Positions 17,082 through 25,783 of a stretch of 64,000 nucleotides of DNA are shown one piece after another. Made by a program: the position numbers and the translations under genes. The stretch's first letter is position 1. The number at the start of each line of letters is the position of its first letter. The notes under the pieces were generated by a model that worked only from the letters and a program-made list of their open reading frames with translations, searched no databases and was not told the origin of the DNA. The DNA is from an uncultured archaeon (GTDB taxonomy: Archaea; Altiarchaeota; Altiarchaeia; IMC4; SCGC-AAA252-I15), in assembly GCA_902384455.1 (NCBI GenBank), contig CABMCB010000092.1, forward strand, positions 316 to 64,315, in the 5' to 3' direction.

Positions 17082-19825
17082 AACCACGCATTTTACTGGC
17101 TGCGGCGTTGATACTTGTTATTTCAGCTGCGGCCTTGCATGCGCAGATGCCCGACGAGCCGGAGGAGGTTAGCCCGCCTTTTTGGGATATGGTGGCTAGA
17201 GGCTTGAACAGTTTGGCGATAGCGGAGATACATCTGCTTGTGTTGTGGACTGCTTTCAATCCGCAACTTTTTTGTTTCCCCGCGTACGCTCACTGCCATG
17301 TGACAGGTGGCGTGGACAAGTTGCTTCCAGCGTTCATATCGGTCTTGATACCGCTTTACATTCTTGCCTTGATTATAACCGGATTTTTCACCATAGTCCG
17401 GGCTGGTTCTCCGCACGGAAGAGCTAGGGCGCGAACCATGTTCAACAAACTCATCCTCAGCATGCTTCTTGTGATTCTTTCGCCGGTGCTGTACCAGCTG
17501 ATGATAGACACGTCCCAGTCCATGACTAAAGCCATAGTGTACGGCTCCGACGTGGACTTGGTTTTCATCCAAATACCCATGCCGACAAGCGCCAACCTCG
17601 ACATGCTGGAGAAGACTTCCACCACCAAGGTAATCGGAATCCTCATATTATCGGCCATGACTTTGTTTGCCGCCGCAATAGGCATCGTAATAGCCATAAT
17701 CCGATGGTTCTACGTCTACATCTACGGCATCGTGTTTCCGTTCATAATATTCCTGTATCTTTTCGAGCCCACCCGCTCTTGGGGAGAAAAATACCTGCGC
17801 AAGGCAGTAAAATGGATTTTCATCCCCGTCTTCCAGGCATTCTGGCTCTCGTTCGCCGTGGCAGTACTGGCGGCAGCCGGAACATACTCGCTGGTTCCCG
17901 TATGGCAGGGGGGAATACCAGCCAGCGCACAGTCGCTAATAGACGAATTCTTCGGCGTACTCATAACCTACTTTATGGTGGGCGCTTCAATCTGGATGTA
18001 CATACTTTCACCCTACGCCATAGCCAAACTTATGACATGGTTCGGCAACGGAATGATATCATACGGCTACGCAAGCCACCAAGCATGGCCCATAACATGG
18101 GGCGGAATAATGGCCGGCTCAGGCGACTCAAGCCTGCTTTCCGCCCACGCCGAATGGAACCGTGAAAGAGCCTTCGAACACTACCAGATGGTCGCAAACG
18201 GCGGACTCATGGGCACGCGCATGGGAGCCACAGCCAGCCGCAGAGGAGGAGTCGAAAGCGGAATGTACGGCGGCGTAGGAGGAGGACCAACCGGCTCAAG
18301 CGCCGCACCCGCAACACCCGGCGGACCAGACTACGGCCCAGTGTTTGGAGGAAGCAGCGGAGGGTATCCGACAGCTGGCCAACCAGATTACCCCGAACAA
18401 AGAAGCGGAAGCGCATTTCCTACATCTGGCCGACCAGATTATCCTGAGCGAACAGGTCAAGGAAACGCTCCTCAGAGCCCGTACAGCTCTGCGGCAATGG
18501 GCGTTGGACAGTGGGGTGTGAACGAAGGAGAAAATGCCGGCGAGCAACCAAACGCAGGCGTGCGAGCGAGAGCAGGCAGCAGTAGTACTGCAGCTTCTTC
18601 GGCTAGAACCTCGGACGAAGGAGGAGGACTGCCGAGACTACAAGGCCCCGCCAGGACTCAACCGGATGAGCAGGCACGCTTCGATGAGAGTTATGAACCA
18701 GACCAAGTCGTCACGTCCACGCAGAAGGGTGGAACCGGCACAGGATATGATGCGGGAAGCACTCAAGGATACGGTGATGACGCACAAGAGGGGGGGGAGG
18801 ATGCTGAATATAGTAATACTCCAACAGGTACGAACGCAACCGGCGGCCGGACGTATAGTCAGGTTCGTTCTGCTGCGGCAGCCGCGCGCAGGCCTGGAAC
18901 TGCTTCGCCGACTGAGTTTGATGCTCCTGGCGAGAATCAACTGGTTTCATCGCGTGATGATGTTCCTGGCGACCCCGGAGGCACTAAAGAAGGTGACGCA
19001 GGGCCCGACGCAACTGTAGACGCAGGAGGTGGAGTTGCTTCAGGCAGAGCCCGAAGGACGAGAGAAGCAGATACTTCAAGCAGAACCGGACGCGTTAGAG
19101 AAGCCGACTCCGGCGACCAACGGGCAAGGAAACGGAAAAAAACGGATTATTTCGACGACGTTGAAACCGGGCCTAAAGAGGATAGGAGTAGTACAGACAG
19201 GACTGCAACAGACGATAGGACTGCCACAGATTGGGGTGCTTCAAGGCTGAAAGCACCCCCACGGGGGGTAGAACCAGTACAGCAGACGGAATCCAACCAG
19301 CAGGCTAGGGATGATTCCTCATACAACGATACTGCTTCCGCATTAGGAGAAAGTAGACTAGCAGAAGAGGACTCGGATGCGGCAACGGATGCAGGAAAGG
19401 ATGAGGATGTGTTAGCTATAATCCGCAGAGAAAGTAAGAAGGCCAAGCAGGAGGGGAGAAAAGGCGGCTTCGATAAAGACTTCCTTAAGGAAGAGCTCGA
19501 CCAAATCAACAAACAAAAACAAGGAACGGACAAAAGATTTGACTGGGAAACACAAGGAGACGACACCGCGATTAAAGAAGGCGAAAACAAAGTTTATTCC
19601 GCAGTCGACAAACGAGCAACAGCCCGCAAACTTGAGGCCGACAACGCGGCTGCAAACTTGGACGAAGCAAAAAGGTTTACGGCATCTGAAAAAGAGAAGG
19701 AAAAAGGCAGAATACAGGACACTAATAAGAATATAGTTACAGCCAAAGCAGATGCGAAAAGCCAAAAACAAATCGCCAAAGACCAGGCGAAATTCCAACC
19801 TAAAGGCAAATCAGGAGAAAGTTAA
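17078..19825 (+). CDS. VirB6/TrbL-like polytopic membrane protein paralog with a disordered low-complexity C-terminal tail
   Basis: 915 aa. It has a signal peptide and at least 6 TM helices homologous to the N-terminal part of 10716..16202. The C-terminal ~550 aa are G/S/P/D/E/R/T-rich with short tandem repeats (GQPDYPEQR / GRPDYPERT; TDRTATDDRTATD). Confidence 0.5.
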   Translation: MKPRILLAAALILVISAAALHAQMPDEPEEVSPPFWDMVARGLNSLAIAEIHLLVLWTAFNPQLFCFPAYAHCHVTGGVDKLLPAFISVLIPLYILALIITGFFTIVRAGSPHGRARARTMFNKLILSMLLVILSPVLYQLMIDTSQSMTKAIVYGSDVDLVFIQIPMPTSANLDMLEKTSTTKVIGILILSAMTLFAAAIGIVIAIIRWFYVYIYGIVFPFIIFLYLFEPTRSWGEKYLRKAVKWIFIPVFQAFWLSFAVAVLAAAGTYSLVPVWQGGIPASAQSLIDEFFGVLITYFMVGASIWMYILSPYAIAKLMTWFGNGMISYGYASHQAWPITWGGIMAGSGDSSLLSAHAEWNRERAFEHYQMVANGGLMGTRMGATASRRGGVESGMYGGVGGGPTGSSAAPATPGGPDYGPVFGGSSGGYPTAGQPDYPEQRSGSAFPTSGRPDYPERTGQGNAPQSPYSSAAMGVGQWGVNEGENAGEQPNAGVRARAGSSSTAASSARTSDEGGGLPRLQGPARTQPDEQARFDESYEPDQVVTSTQKGGTGTGYDAGSTQGYGDDAQEGGEDAEYSNTPTGTNATGGRTYSQVRSAAAAARRPGTASPTEFDAPGENQLVSSRDDVPGDPGGTKEGDAGPDATVDAGGGVASGRARRTREADTSSRTGRVREADSGDQRARKRKKTDYFDDVETGPKEDRSSTDRTATDDRTATDWGASRLKAPPRGVEPVQQTESNQQARDDSSYNDTASALGESRLAEEDSDAATDAGKDEDVLAIIRRESKKAKQEGRKGGFDKDFLKEELDQINKQKQGTDKRFDWETQGDDTAIKEGENKVYSAVDKRATARKLEADNAAANLDEAKRFTASEKEKEKGRIQDTNKNIVTAKADAKSQKQIAKDQAKFQPKGKSGES
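18361..18470 (+). repeat. Imperfect tandem coding repeat (~28 nt unit, spaced 50 nt) encoding G(Q/R)PDYPE(Q/R)
   Basis: ctggccaaccagattaccccgaacaa is read against ctggccgaccagattatcctgagcga. Confidence 0.4.
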
Positions 19826-19849
19826 AATAAACCCCCAGCTAACTAATAA

Positions 19850-20794
19850 TTGAATAACCACATGACAAGCGAAGAAAAAGAAGGCCGACGAAGGATACTG
19901 CAGGACTTGGAGAGGGACGTAATCCAAAGCCCCCGCGAACAAGAGGAACTCCGAAGAGAAATACGAACCCAAGACGCCGACGACATCGCAATCAAAGACC
20001 GCATACTACGCCAAGCAGAACGCATAAGAACCACGGCACCACCACCCGGCACACACGTAAGACAAACAACCTCAGCAGCCGGAGGCTCAGGAGGAAGCGG
20101 AGACGACATAGTGCAAATACCACTCAGAGACGAACGCCTACGCGACATGAGCGTCGGAGAAATACAAAACAGAATACCACCCGGCGCAACAGTAACAATG
20201 AGCAACGACGGAATAACCGTCGGCCTACACAGAAGCGACATAACAGAAATACTCATCGACCACATTTTCATCGCGGCCGCAGGCCCCACTAAAAAAGGGA
20301 AGTCTATGCTTAAGCCAGCTGGCGCCCCATGGGCATCGGAGGCCGTGAGCATGGAGCTCGCAAGCAAAGGCGTGCGTCCGGTATGGCACCGCATAACTAA
20401 ATACGAGCTTATGGATGACTACTCCAGGTACTATCTCCTGTGGGAGTGGGACCATCAGCTGCTTCGTATCCAAAACGGACTAGCCGCAGGATACCAACCC
20501 AGCGCACCCCGCACATGGTGGAAGAAAAAAATCAAAAGCGACGTAGACGCCATGATAGACGACCTCAACAGAGACCTGTCTTATGAAGGCCAATACATGA
20601 AGAGAGTCAAAGGCAGGATGGAGCAACACGCAAAAGACCATGCTGCGGCCAAAGCAGCCTTAGACCATTGGGAAGAGGACCTTAGGGGATACGACAGGTT
20701 CACGACTGAAGAGGAAAAAAGGATAGCGGACTACACAAAAGGCGCGATGGAGCAGGCAATGGCCGCCGAGAAGATAGAGGAAATATCCGACTAA
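19850..20794 (+). CDS. Hypothetical soluble protein (locus accessory)
   Basis: The 314 aa ORF is predicted from a TTG start. A more likely start is the ATG at 19862 (MTSEEKEGRR...). The N-terminus is charged. I recognised no domain. Confidence 0.4.
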   Translation: MNNHMTSEEKEGRRRILQDLERDVIQSPREQEELRREIRTQDADDIAIKDRILRQAERIRTTAPPPGTHVRQTTSAAGGSGGSGDDIVQIPLRDERLRDMSVGEIQNRIPPGATVTMSNDGITVGLHRSDITEILIDHIFIAAAGPTKKGKSMLKPAGAPWASEAVSMELASKGVRPVWHRITKYELMDDYSRYYLLWEWDHQLLRIQNGLAAGYQPSAPRTWWKKKIKSDVDAMIDDLNRDLSYEGQYMKRVKGRMEQHAKDHAAAKAALDHWEEDLRGYDRFTTEEEKRIADYTKGAMEQAMAAEKIEEISD

Positions 20795-20832
20795 ACAGAA
20801 CTTAAACATACAAACTAACACTTAACCACATT

Positions 20833-21759
20833 ATGCCGTACGCAATACCTAAAAACATCCGGTACGAGGAGAAGCTCCTAGGCCCCCTCACCGTCAAGCA
20901 GACTGCTTACGTCGGAGTAGGCGCGTCAATAGCCGGCTACATTTACATGATGAGCGGCCTGCAGGACGAAATCAAGACCGCCGCGGTACTGGTCGTGGGG
21001 TTGCTGACGATAGGGTTTGCCATGTTCAACCTCGACACCCTACTTCGGACGTACGTGGGCTTCATGCGGGCGACTAAAAAGAGCAGTTGGATATCGCCTG
21101 CAGCACGAGAACTCCTTAACATCCAAAGCATCCGCGCAGACGCAGTCTACCTGAAAGACAAGAGGATACTTGGGCTGCTCAAGGTTAGGCCCATAAACTT
21201 CGGCGTCCTTTCCGCGCACGACCAAGACACCGTCATCTACGGCTTCCTTGAGTTCCTCAACAGCCTCAACTTCAGCATACAGATTACAATGCGAAGCGTC
21301 AACCTCGACCTTGAGGATTATCTTCGGCACCTTAAACGCCGCATAGTGCACAGAGATGACAAGGTGGCTCTGGCGTACTACGAACACTTCGCAGAGTACA
21401 TGCGCACATACATCAAAGTGAACAGAATCAACGACCGGCACTTCTACGTGGTCGTGCCGGCCGCAAAAGGAAAAGACGAAAAAACAACCGTATTAGACCT
21501 GGAAAAAAGATGCGAACTAATATCGGCTACTTTAGGCTTGAGCGGGATAGTTAGCGAACGGATGGACACCCATGCGTTAATCAATTTTTACAGCAGCTAC
21601 TTCACGGAAACATTCGAGATATTCGAGTCATACATAAGCCCCATCACACTGTACAGGAAGATGTGGAAGCAGGCGCCAAAACACGTGTTAAACCAAGCAG
21701 GACCCGGAGTTTCTCCGACTGCGCCGGCACAACAACCGCAGGCGAAGCCGCCGGAATAA
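20833..21759 (+). CDS. VirB3-like two-TM segment fused to a VirB4 N-terminal domain
   Basis: 308 aa. Two N-terminal TM helices (VGVGASIAGYIYMM; AAVLVVGLLTIGFAMF) are followed by a region resembling the N-terminal domain of VirB4/TrbE/TraC (..LLKVRPINFGVLSAHDQDTVIYGFLEFLNSLNFSIQITMRSVNLD..). It ends 4 nt before the next gene, in a different frame. Confidence 0.45.
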   Translation: MPYAIPKNIRYEEKLLGPLTVKQTAYVGVGASIAGYIYMMSGLQDEIKTAAVLVVGLLTIGFAMFNLDTLLRTYVGFMRATKKSSWISPAARELLNIQSIRADAVYLKDKRILGLLKVRPINFGVLSAHDQDTVIYGFLEFLNSLNFSIQITMRSVNLDLEDYLRHLKRRIVHRDDKVALAYYEHFAEYMRTYIKVNRINDRHFYVVVPAAKGKDEKTTVLDLEKRCELISATLGLSGIVSERMDTHALINFYSSYFTETFEIFESYISPITLYRKMWKQAPKHVLNQAGPGVSPTAPAQQPQAKPPE

Positions 21760-21763
21760 TACC

Positions 21764-24058
21764 ATGGGACTAGCTGACTTACTACCTTTCGGAGGCAAAA
21801 AGAAGGAGACGACGGGAGCCGGCAACGAGACATACTCAGAATACGAAGACCGCCTCATAGAATACCTGACAAGCCCCTCCACGATCATCCAGCACAAGGA
21901 AGACATACAAATCAGCAAATACCACCGCGTAGTCGCAGCAATAGACTTCCCCCGCATCGTAGACCCAGGCTGGCTAACCCGGCTCATAGAAATGAACCTG
22001 GACTTCGACCTGTCGATGCACATAAACCCCTACAACGTAGACTCCACAATCAAACTGCTGGAGAACGAGATAAAGAAGCAGAAAACAGACCTCTACGCGC
22101 TCGAATCAGAAGGAAAAATAGTGCCCCAAGCCCTCATACAACAGCACCAAGACACACTCGCACTACTACAACTCGTACAGGAAGGCACTGAAAAAATGTT
22201 CGACGTCTCCCTCTACATAGACGCCAAAGCATACGCCTCAGAAGAACTGGACTCAAACGCCAAACAAATAATGACGACGATGAACAGCATCATGGTAACC
22301 CCAAAAATACCAAGCTACCAGATGTACAAAGGCCTCAAAAGCATCCTCCCCATCGCCGACGACCAATTGAGGGTGACGCGCAACATCACAAGCTCAGCAC
22401 TCGCCGCCTGCTTCCCGTTTGCCATAACAAGCCTGGAAACTCACGCCACAGGCATACTACTGGGGTTCAACGAATACAACAGCATCCCCATCATAATAGA
22501 CCCCTTCAACTACACCAACCCCAACGTGCTCGTCCTTGGAACCAGCGGAGGCGGAAAAAGCTACACCCTAAAACTCATGATAATGCGGGAATTCATGGAA
22601 GGAGTATCAGTCAACATGATAGACCCGCAAGCCGAATACACCGACCTCGTCAAGACTTTCAATGGGAAGACCATCAGAATCGCCCCCGACAGCGACAGCA
22701 TAATCAACCCCTTCGACCTCATGGGACAGACACTCGACGAAAAGAAACTATCATTGCTCGCATTCTTCCGCGTCCTCTTGGGCGAACTGACCGAACCAGA
22801 ACGCGCCATACTCGACGACGCCATAGACAGAACATACGAAGAAAAAGGCATAACAAACGACCCAAAAACATGGAGCAAAAGACCGCCGCTACTCGAAGAC
22901 CTATACAACGAAGTCCTACCCCTAACACGAAGCAGCAAAGACATAGTCTACAAACCGGCAATGGCCATAGTCAACCAAATGAAAAGCTACGTGTTCGGCC
23001 CCATGAAGTTCTTGAACCAGCAGACTAAGATTGACCTAAGCAACCGGATGATCAATTTCGACATCCGGGACGCACCCGACATAGGCAAAGGAGTCATAAT
23101 GTTCCTGATTCTCGAGTACGTCTACACCCAGATGAAGAAGAGCAAGACCAGAAAGATGCTCGTCATCGACGAAGCCTGGACGGTGCTCTCGGCAGGAGAC
23201 CAGGCCGAGTACATACTGCGGCTCGTCAAGACGTGCAGGAAATTCAACCTAAGCTTGTGCATGATAACCCAAGACGTAGAGGACGTGCTGGTCAGCCGCG
23301 CAGGCCGCGCCGTGCTCACCAACACCGCAACCAAACTGCTTCTGAAGCAGGACACCAGCGTCATAGACCAGATTGCGGACAAATTCCACCTAAACGAAAA
23401 CGAAGTCCGTTTCCTAAAGACCGCCCGCGCAGGACACGCTCTGCTCATCGCAGAAAACACGCGCGTCCCCATCTTCATCCAAGCAAGCCCCGAGGAACAC
23501 CGCGTAATCACCACCAAACCAGACGAACTCATACAGCTGGAGCAGGTAATGCGGCCTATGGGCGACGACATCGTGCCTGAATTCGACATCAACAAGAAGA
23601 TACACCAGAAGGCGGAACTCACGGACGACCAGATTAAGATACTGCAGGACAGAGACTTCGACGAAACCCGCATCACCACGCTAACGGGAGACAACGAACT
23701 GTTCATCATAAAGAACGAGACTGAAGAATCCGACGAACACTTCGTGCTCCAACACCTGATACTGGAAGAAACCAAAAAACACACCGATAAAGGACTGTCC
23801 CACCACACCCAGCTGCCGGACGTAACGTTCGAAGCAGGAGGAGGACGCCTCGTCGCAGTCGAAGTCGAGACGGAGGGAGGACTCAAGAGGGCGCTTGAAA
23901 ACATGGACACCAAACTCCCAGTCATGAAGAAGTACGACGACTACTTCTACGTAGTCACAAGCCCCACCATCAAAAGAGACTACGCAGACAGATTCGGCGG
24001 ACCCGAAAAAGTCATTATGCGGGACGAAGCAGCAGCCAAAATCGCCTCATACTTCTGA
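21764..24058 (+). CDS. VirB4/TrbE/CagE-family T4SS ATPase with a C-terminal Hjc/PD-(D/E)xK-like nuclease domain
   Basis: 764 aa with Walker A VLGTSGGGKS (about residues 257-266) and Walker B KMLVIDEAW. The C-terminal ~160 aa (EHFVLQHLILEE...PDVTFEAGGGRLVAVEVETEGGLKR...KRDYADRFGGPEKVIM) resemble archaeal Holliday-junction resolvase Hjc (E...VDLVA...IEVK...[20 protein letters not shown]). Confidence 0.6.
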   Translation: MGLADLLPFGGKKKETTGAGNETYSEYEDRLIEYLTSPSTIIQHKEDIQISKYHRVVAAIDFPRIVDPGWLTRLIEMNLDFDLSMHINPYNVDSTIKLLENEIKKQKTDLYALESEGKIVPQALIQQHQDTLALLQLVQEGTEKMFDVSLYIDAKAYASEELDSNAKQIMTTMNSIMVTPKIPSYQMYKGLKSILPIADDQLRVTRNITSSALAACFPFAITSLETHATGILLGFNEYNSIPIIIDPFNYTNPNVLVLGTSGGGKSYTLKLMIMREFMEGVSVNMIDPQAEYTDLVKTFNGKTIRIAPDSDSIINPFDLMGQTLDEKKLSLLAFFRVLLGELTEPERAILDDAIDRTYEEKGITNDPKTWSKRPPLLEDLYNEVLPLTRSSKDIVYKPAMAIVNQMKSYVFGPMKFLNQQTKIDLSNRMINFDIRDAPDIGKGVIMFLILEYVYTQMKKSKTRKMLVIDEAWTVLSAGDQAEYILRLVKTCRKFNLSLCMITQDVEDVLVSRAGRAVLTNTATKLLLKQDTSVIDQIADKFHLNENEVRFLKTARAGHALLIAENTRVPIFIQASPEEHRVITTKPDELIQLEQVMRPMGDDIVPEFDINKKIHQKAELTDDQIKILQDRDFDETRITTLTGDNELFIIKNETEESDEHFVLQHLILEETKKHTDKGLSHHTQLPDVTFEAGGGRLVAVEVETEGGLKRALENMDTKLPVMKKYDDYFYVVTSPTIKRDYADRFGGPEKVIMRDEAAAKIASYF

Positions 24059-24088
24059 TTTTTAGTTACTGCCGGAGAGTATGTAACA

Positions 24089-24424
24089 ATGGGCCGGACA
24101 ACGTTCATTTTATGCGGCGTAATGCTCGCTTTTGCGGTCGCGGACTGCTCGGCGCAGTTCACAAGCATACCCTCCAGCTGCGTCGTCGGCGGAGGCAACC
24201 TTGGTTACACTATCGCGCTAGGCAACTTCGACCTTTTAAACACTGAAATAATGAGCGTCGCCAGCGCCGCAGCAGTCGTGATGATTGGTATGCAGGCGCT
24301 AAAGTGGACCACGGAAACAGACCCGGCAGGCCGCGAGAGCGCGCGCAAGGGAATTATTTACGTAGTGTTGGGTTTGGCGTTGATGATGAGCGCCGGCGGC
24401 ATTGTGGGTTTCCTTCTCTGCTGA
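24089..24424 (+). CDS. VirB2/TrbC-like pilin paralog 2
   Basis: 111 aa with a signal peptide, two hydrophobic helices and a conserved loop IGMQALKWTTETDPAGRESARKGIIYVVLGLAL. This compares with pilin 1, MQGIKWAGSADDPGARKQAKSGIVNAIIGLV. Confidence 0.5.
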   Translation: MGRTTFILCGVMLAFAVADCSAQFTSIPSSCVVGGGNLGYTIALGNFDLLNTEIMSVASAAAVVMIGMQALKWTTETDPAGRESARKGIIYVVLGLALMMSAGGIVGFLLC

Positions 24425-24451
24425 TTTTTATCCGCTATTGCCCAGTAGGTT

Positions 24452-24796
24452 ATGATGAAGGCGACGGTGTTGTTTGCTGCGACGTTCATTGTGTTTTGTT
24501 TTGCGAGTTTTGCGGCTGGAGCTCCTTGTTCTGTATCTGGTGCAGGTCCGATTACTGCGGCAGGCAGCACTTTTTACGACATGATTTGCGACCTTGTTGA
24601 GATTGCTTCCGCATTGGGGACTCTTATGATTGCGATTCAGGGCCTAAGGTGGGCTGTCGCGGACGGCGCTTCCGAGCGCAATGAGGCGAAGAAGGGTATT
24701 ATGTACGTTGTGATTGGTTTGGCTTTGGTTGTGAATGCGCCAACTATCGTTGACACAATTTACTGGAACAACATTCCGCCGGCGTATAAACCATAA
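24452..24796 (+). CDS. VirB2/TrbC-like pilin paralog 3
   Basis: 114 aa with the same architecture and the loop IAIQGLRWAVADGASERNEAKKGIMYVVIGLAL. Confidence 0.5.
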   Translation: MMKATVLFAATFIVFCFASFAAGAPCSVSGAGPITAAGSTFYDMICDLVEIASALGTLMIAIQGLRWAVADGASERNEAKKGIMYVVIGLALVVNAPTIVDTIYWNNIPPAYKP

Positions 24797-24838
24797 AACT
24801 GCGGCCGTATATCAATAAAAGACTTTCTTCGGCGCGGC

Positions 24839-25312
24839 TTATTCTTCTTTTCGGTTTTCCCGTTCGGTTTCAGAGTAGGCGTCGCTTATTTCCATGCGGG
24901 CTTTTTCCCGTATGAGAAGGTGCAGTTCAGGTTCTACGCGCACTATGTCTGATTCGGTGATTATTCCCGCTATCTTGTTTTTCTGGGTGACTATCAACCG
25001 GCGTATCGAGTTGTCGCGCATTAGGCGGGCGGCGTTGTCTACCGAGGACTCCGGGGAAACCGTTATGAGGGGATGAGACATCACAGTTGACACGGGCGTC
25101 TTTGACGCGTCCTTGCTGTCCGCGACTACCTTGCATATTATGTCGCGTTCGGTCAAAACGCCTATGCCTTCGCCTTTCTGCAAGACGAGCAGCGCGGAAA
25201 TCTCGTATTTCTTCATGACTTCAGCCGCCTTCTTGACTGGGTCGTCCACGTTTACTGTTATGACGCCTCGCGTCATCACGTCGCCGACTGTCAGCTCTTC
25301 GATTTCCTTCAC
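24839..25312 (-). CDS. Tandem CBS-domain protein
   Basis: Two CBS repeats (VGDVMTRGVITV...; VSTVMSHPLITV...). Confidence 0.75.
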   Translation of the reverse strand: MKEIEELTVGDVMTRGVITVNVDDPVKKAAEVMKKYEISALLVLQKGEGIGVLTERDIICKVVADSKDASKTPVSTVMSHPLITVSPESSVDNAARLMRDNSIRRLIVTQKNKIAGIITESDIVRVEPELHLLIREKARMEISDAYSETERENRKEE

Positions 25313-25357
25313 GTTAAAGTATTGAGAAAAGGCTTAAATAACGGGGATTGTTCAGCC

Positions 25358-25762
25358 TTATTTTTTATCTTTAAGGAATTCTTCCGTGGCCGGACAGAAA
25401 CTCACAACCTTCATGTATTCCATTCCGTACATGCAAAAGAAGGGGAATTCGCCGCATATTTCGGGGCGATACGACTCCTTGTGTATGCTGCATTTGTCGT
25501 CTTTAAGGAAGACGCATTTGCCGTTCACCCGCCGCATTTTGTCTCCGATGTAGGCGTCCGGGAATCCTGCCGCATCAAGCTTTTTTTTGTCCTCGACGGT
25601 CACCTCTATTTCCCTTAGGCGGCAGCAGTTTCCGCACACGTGGCATTTCCATTTTTTCTTGTTCCTGGCGAGCATTACTCCTCGGATATACATGTAGTAC
25701 GCCGGTATGCCCGCAAAGAATGCGGCGACGATCACGCCCGTCATGAACTCTGAGTACGCCAC
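25358..25762 (-). CDS. YkgJ/UPF0153-like zinc/iron-binding protein
   Basis: CHVCGNCC motif with additional Cys residues and an N-terminal TM helix. Confidence 0.55.
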   Translation of the reverse strand: MAYSEFMTGVIVAAFFAGIPAYYMYIRGVMLARNKKKWKCHVCGNCCRLREIEVTVEDKKKLDAAGFPDAYIGDKMRRVNGKCVFLKDDKCSIHKESYRPEICGEFPFFCMYGMEYMKVVSFCPATEEFLKDKK

Positions 25763-25783
25763 GGTTAGGTTAGGAAGAGGGAA

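Noticed and set aside
10190-24800. Interpretation of the T4SS-like locus as an integrated conjugative element or provirus
   Set aside because: I found no integrase or recombinase, relaxase, VirD4 coupling ATPase, tRNA attachment site or flanking direct repeats. The codon and GC feel matches the flanks. This reads as a chromosomal system rather than a demonstrable mobile element, though mobility cannot be excluded without whole-genome context.
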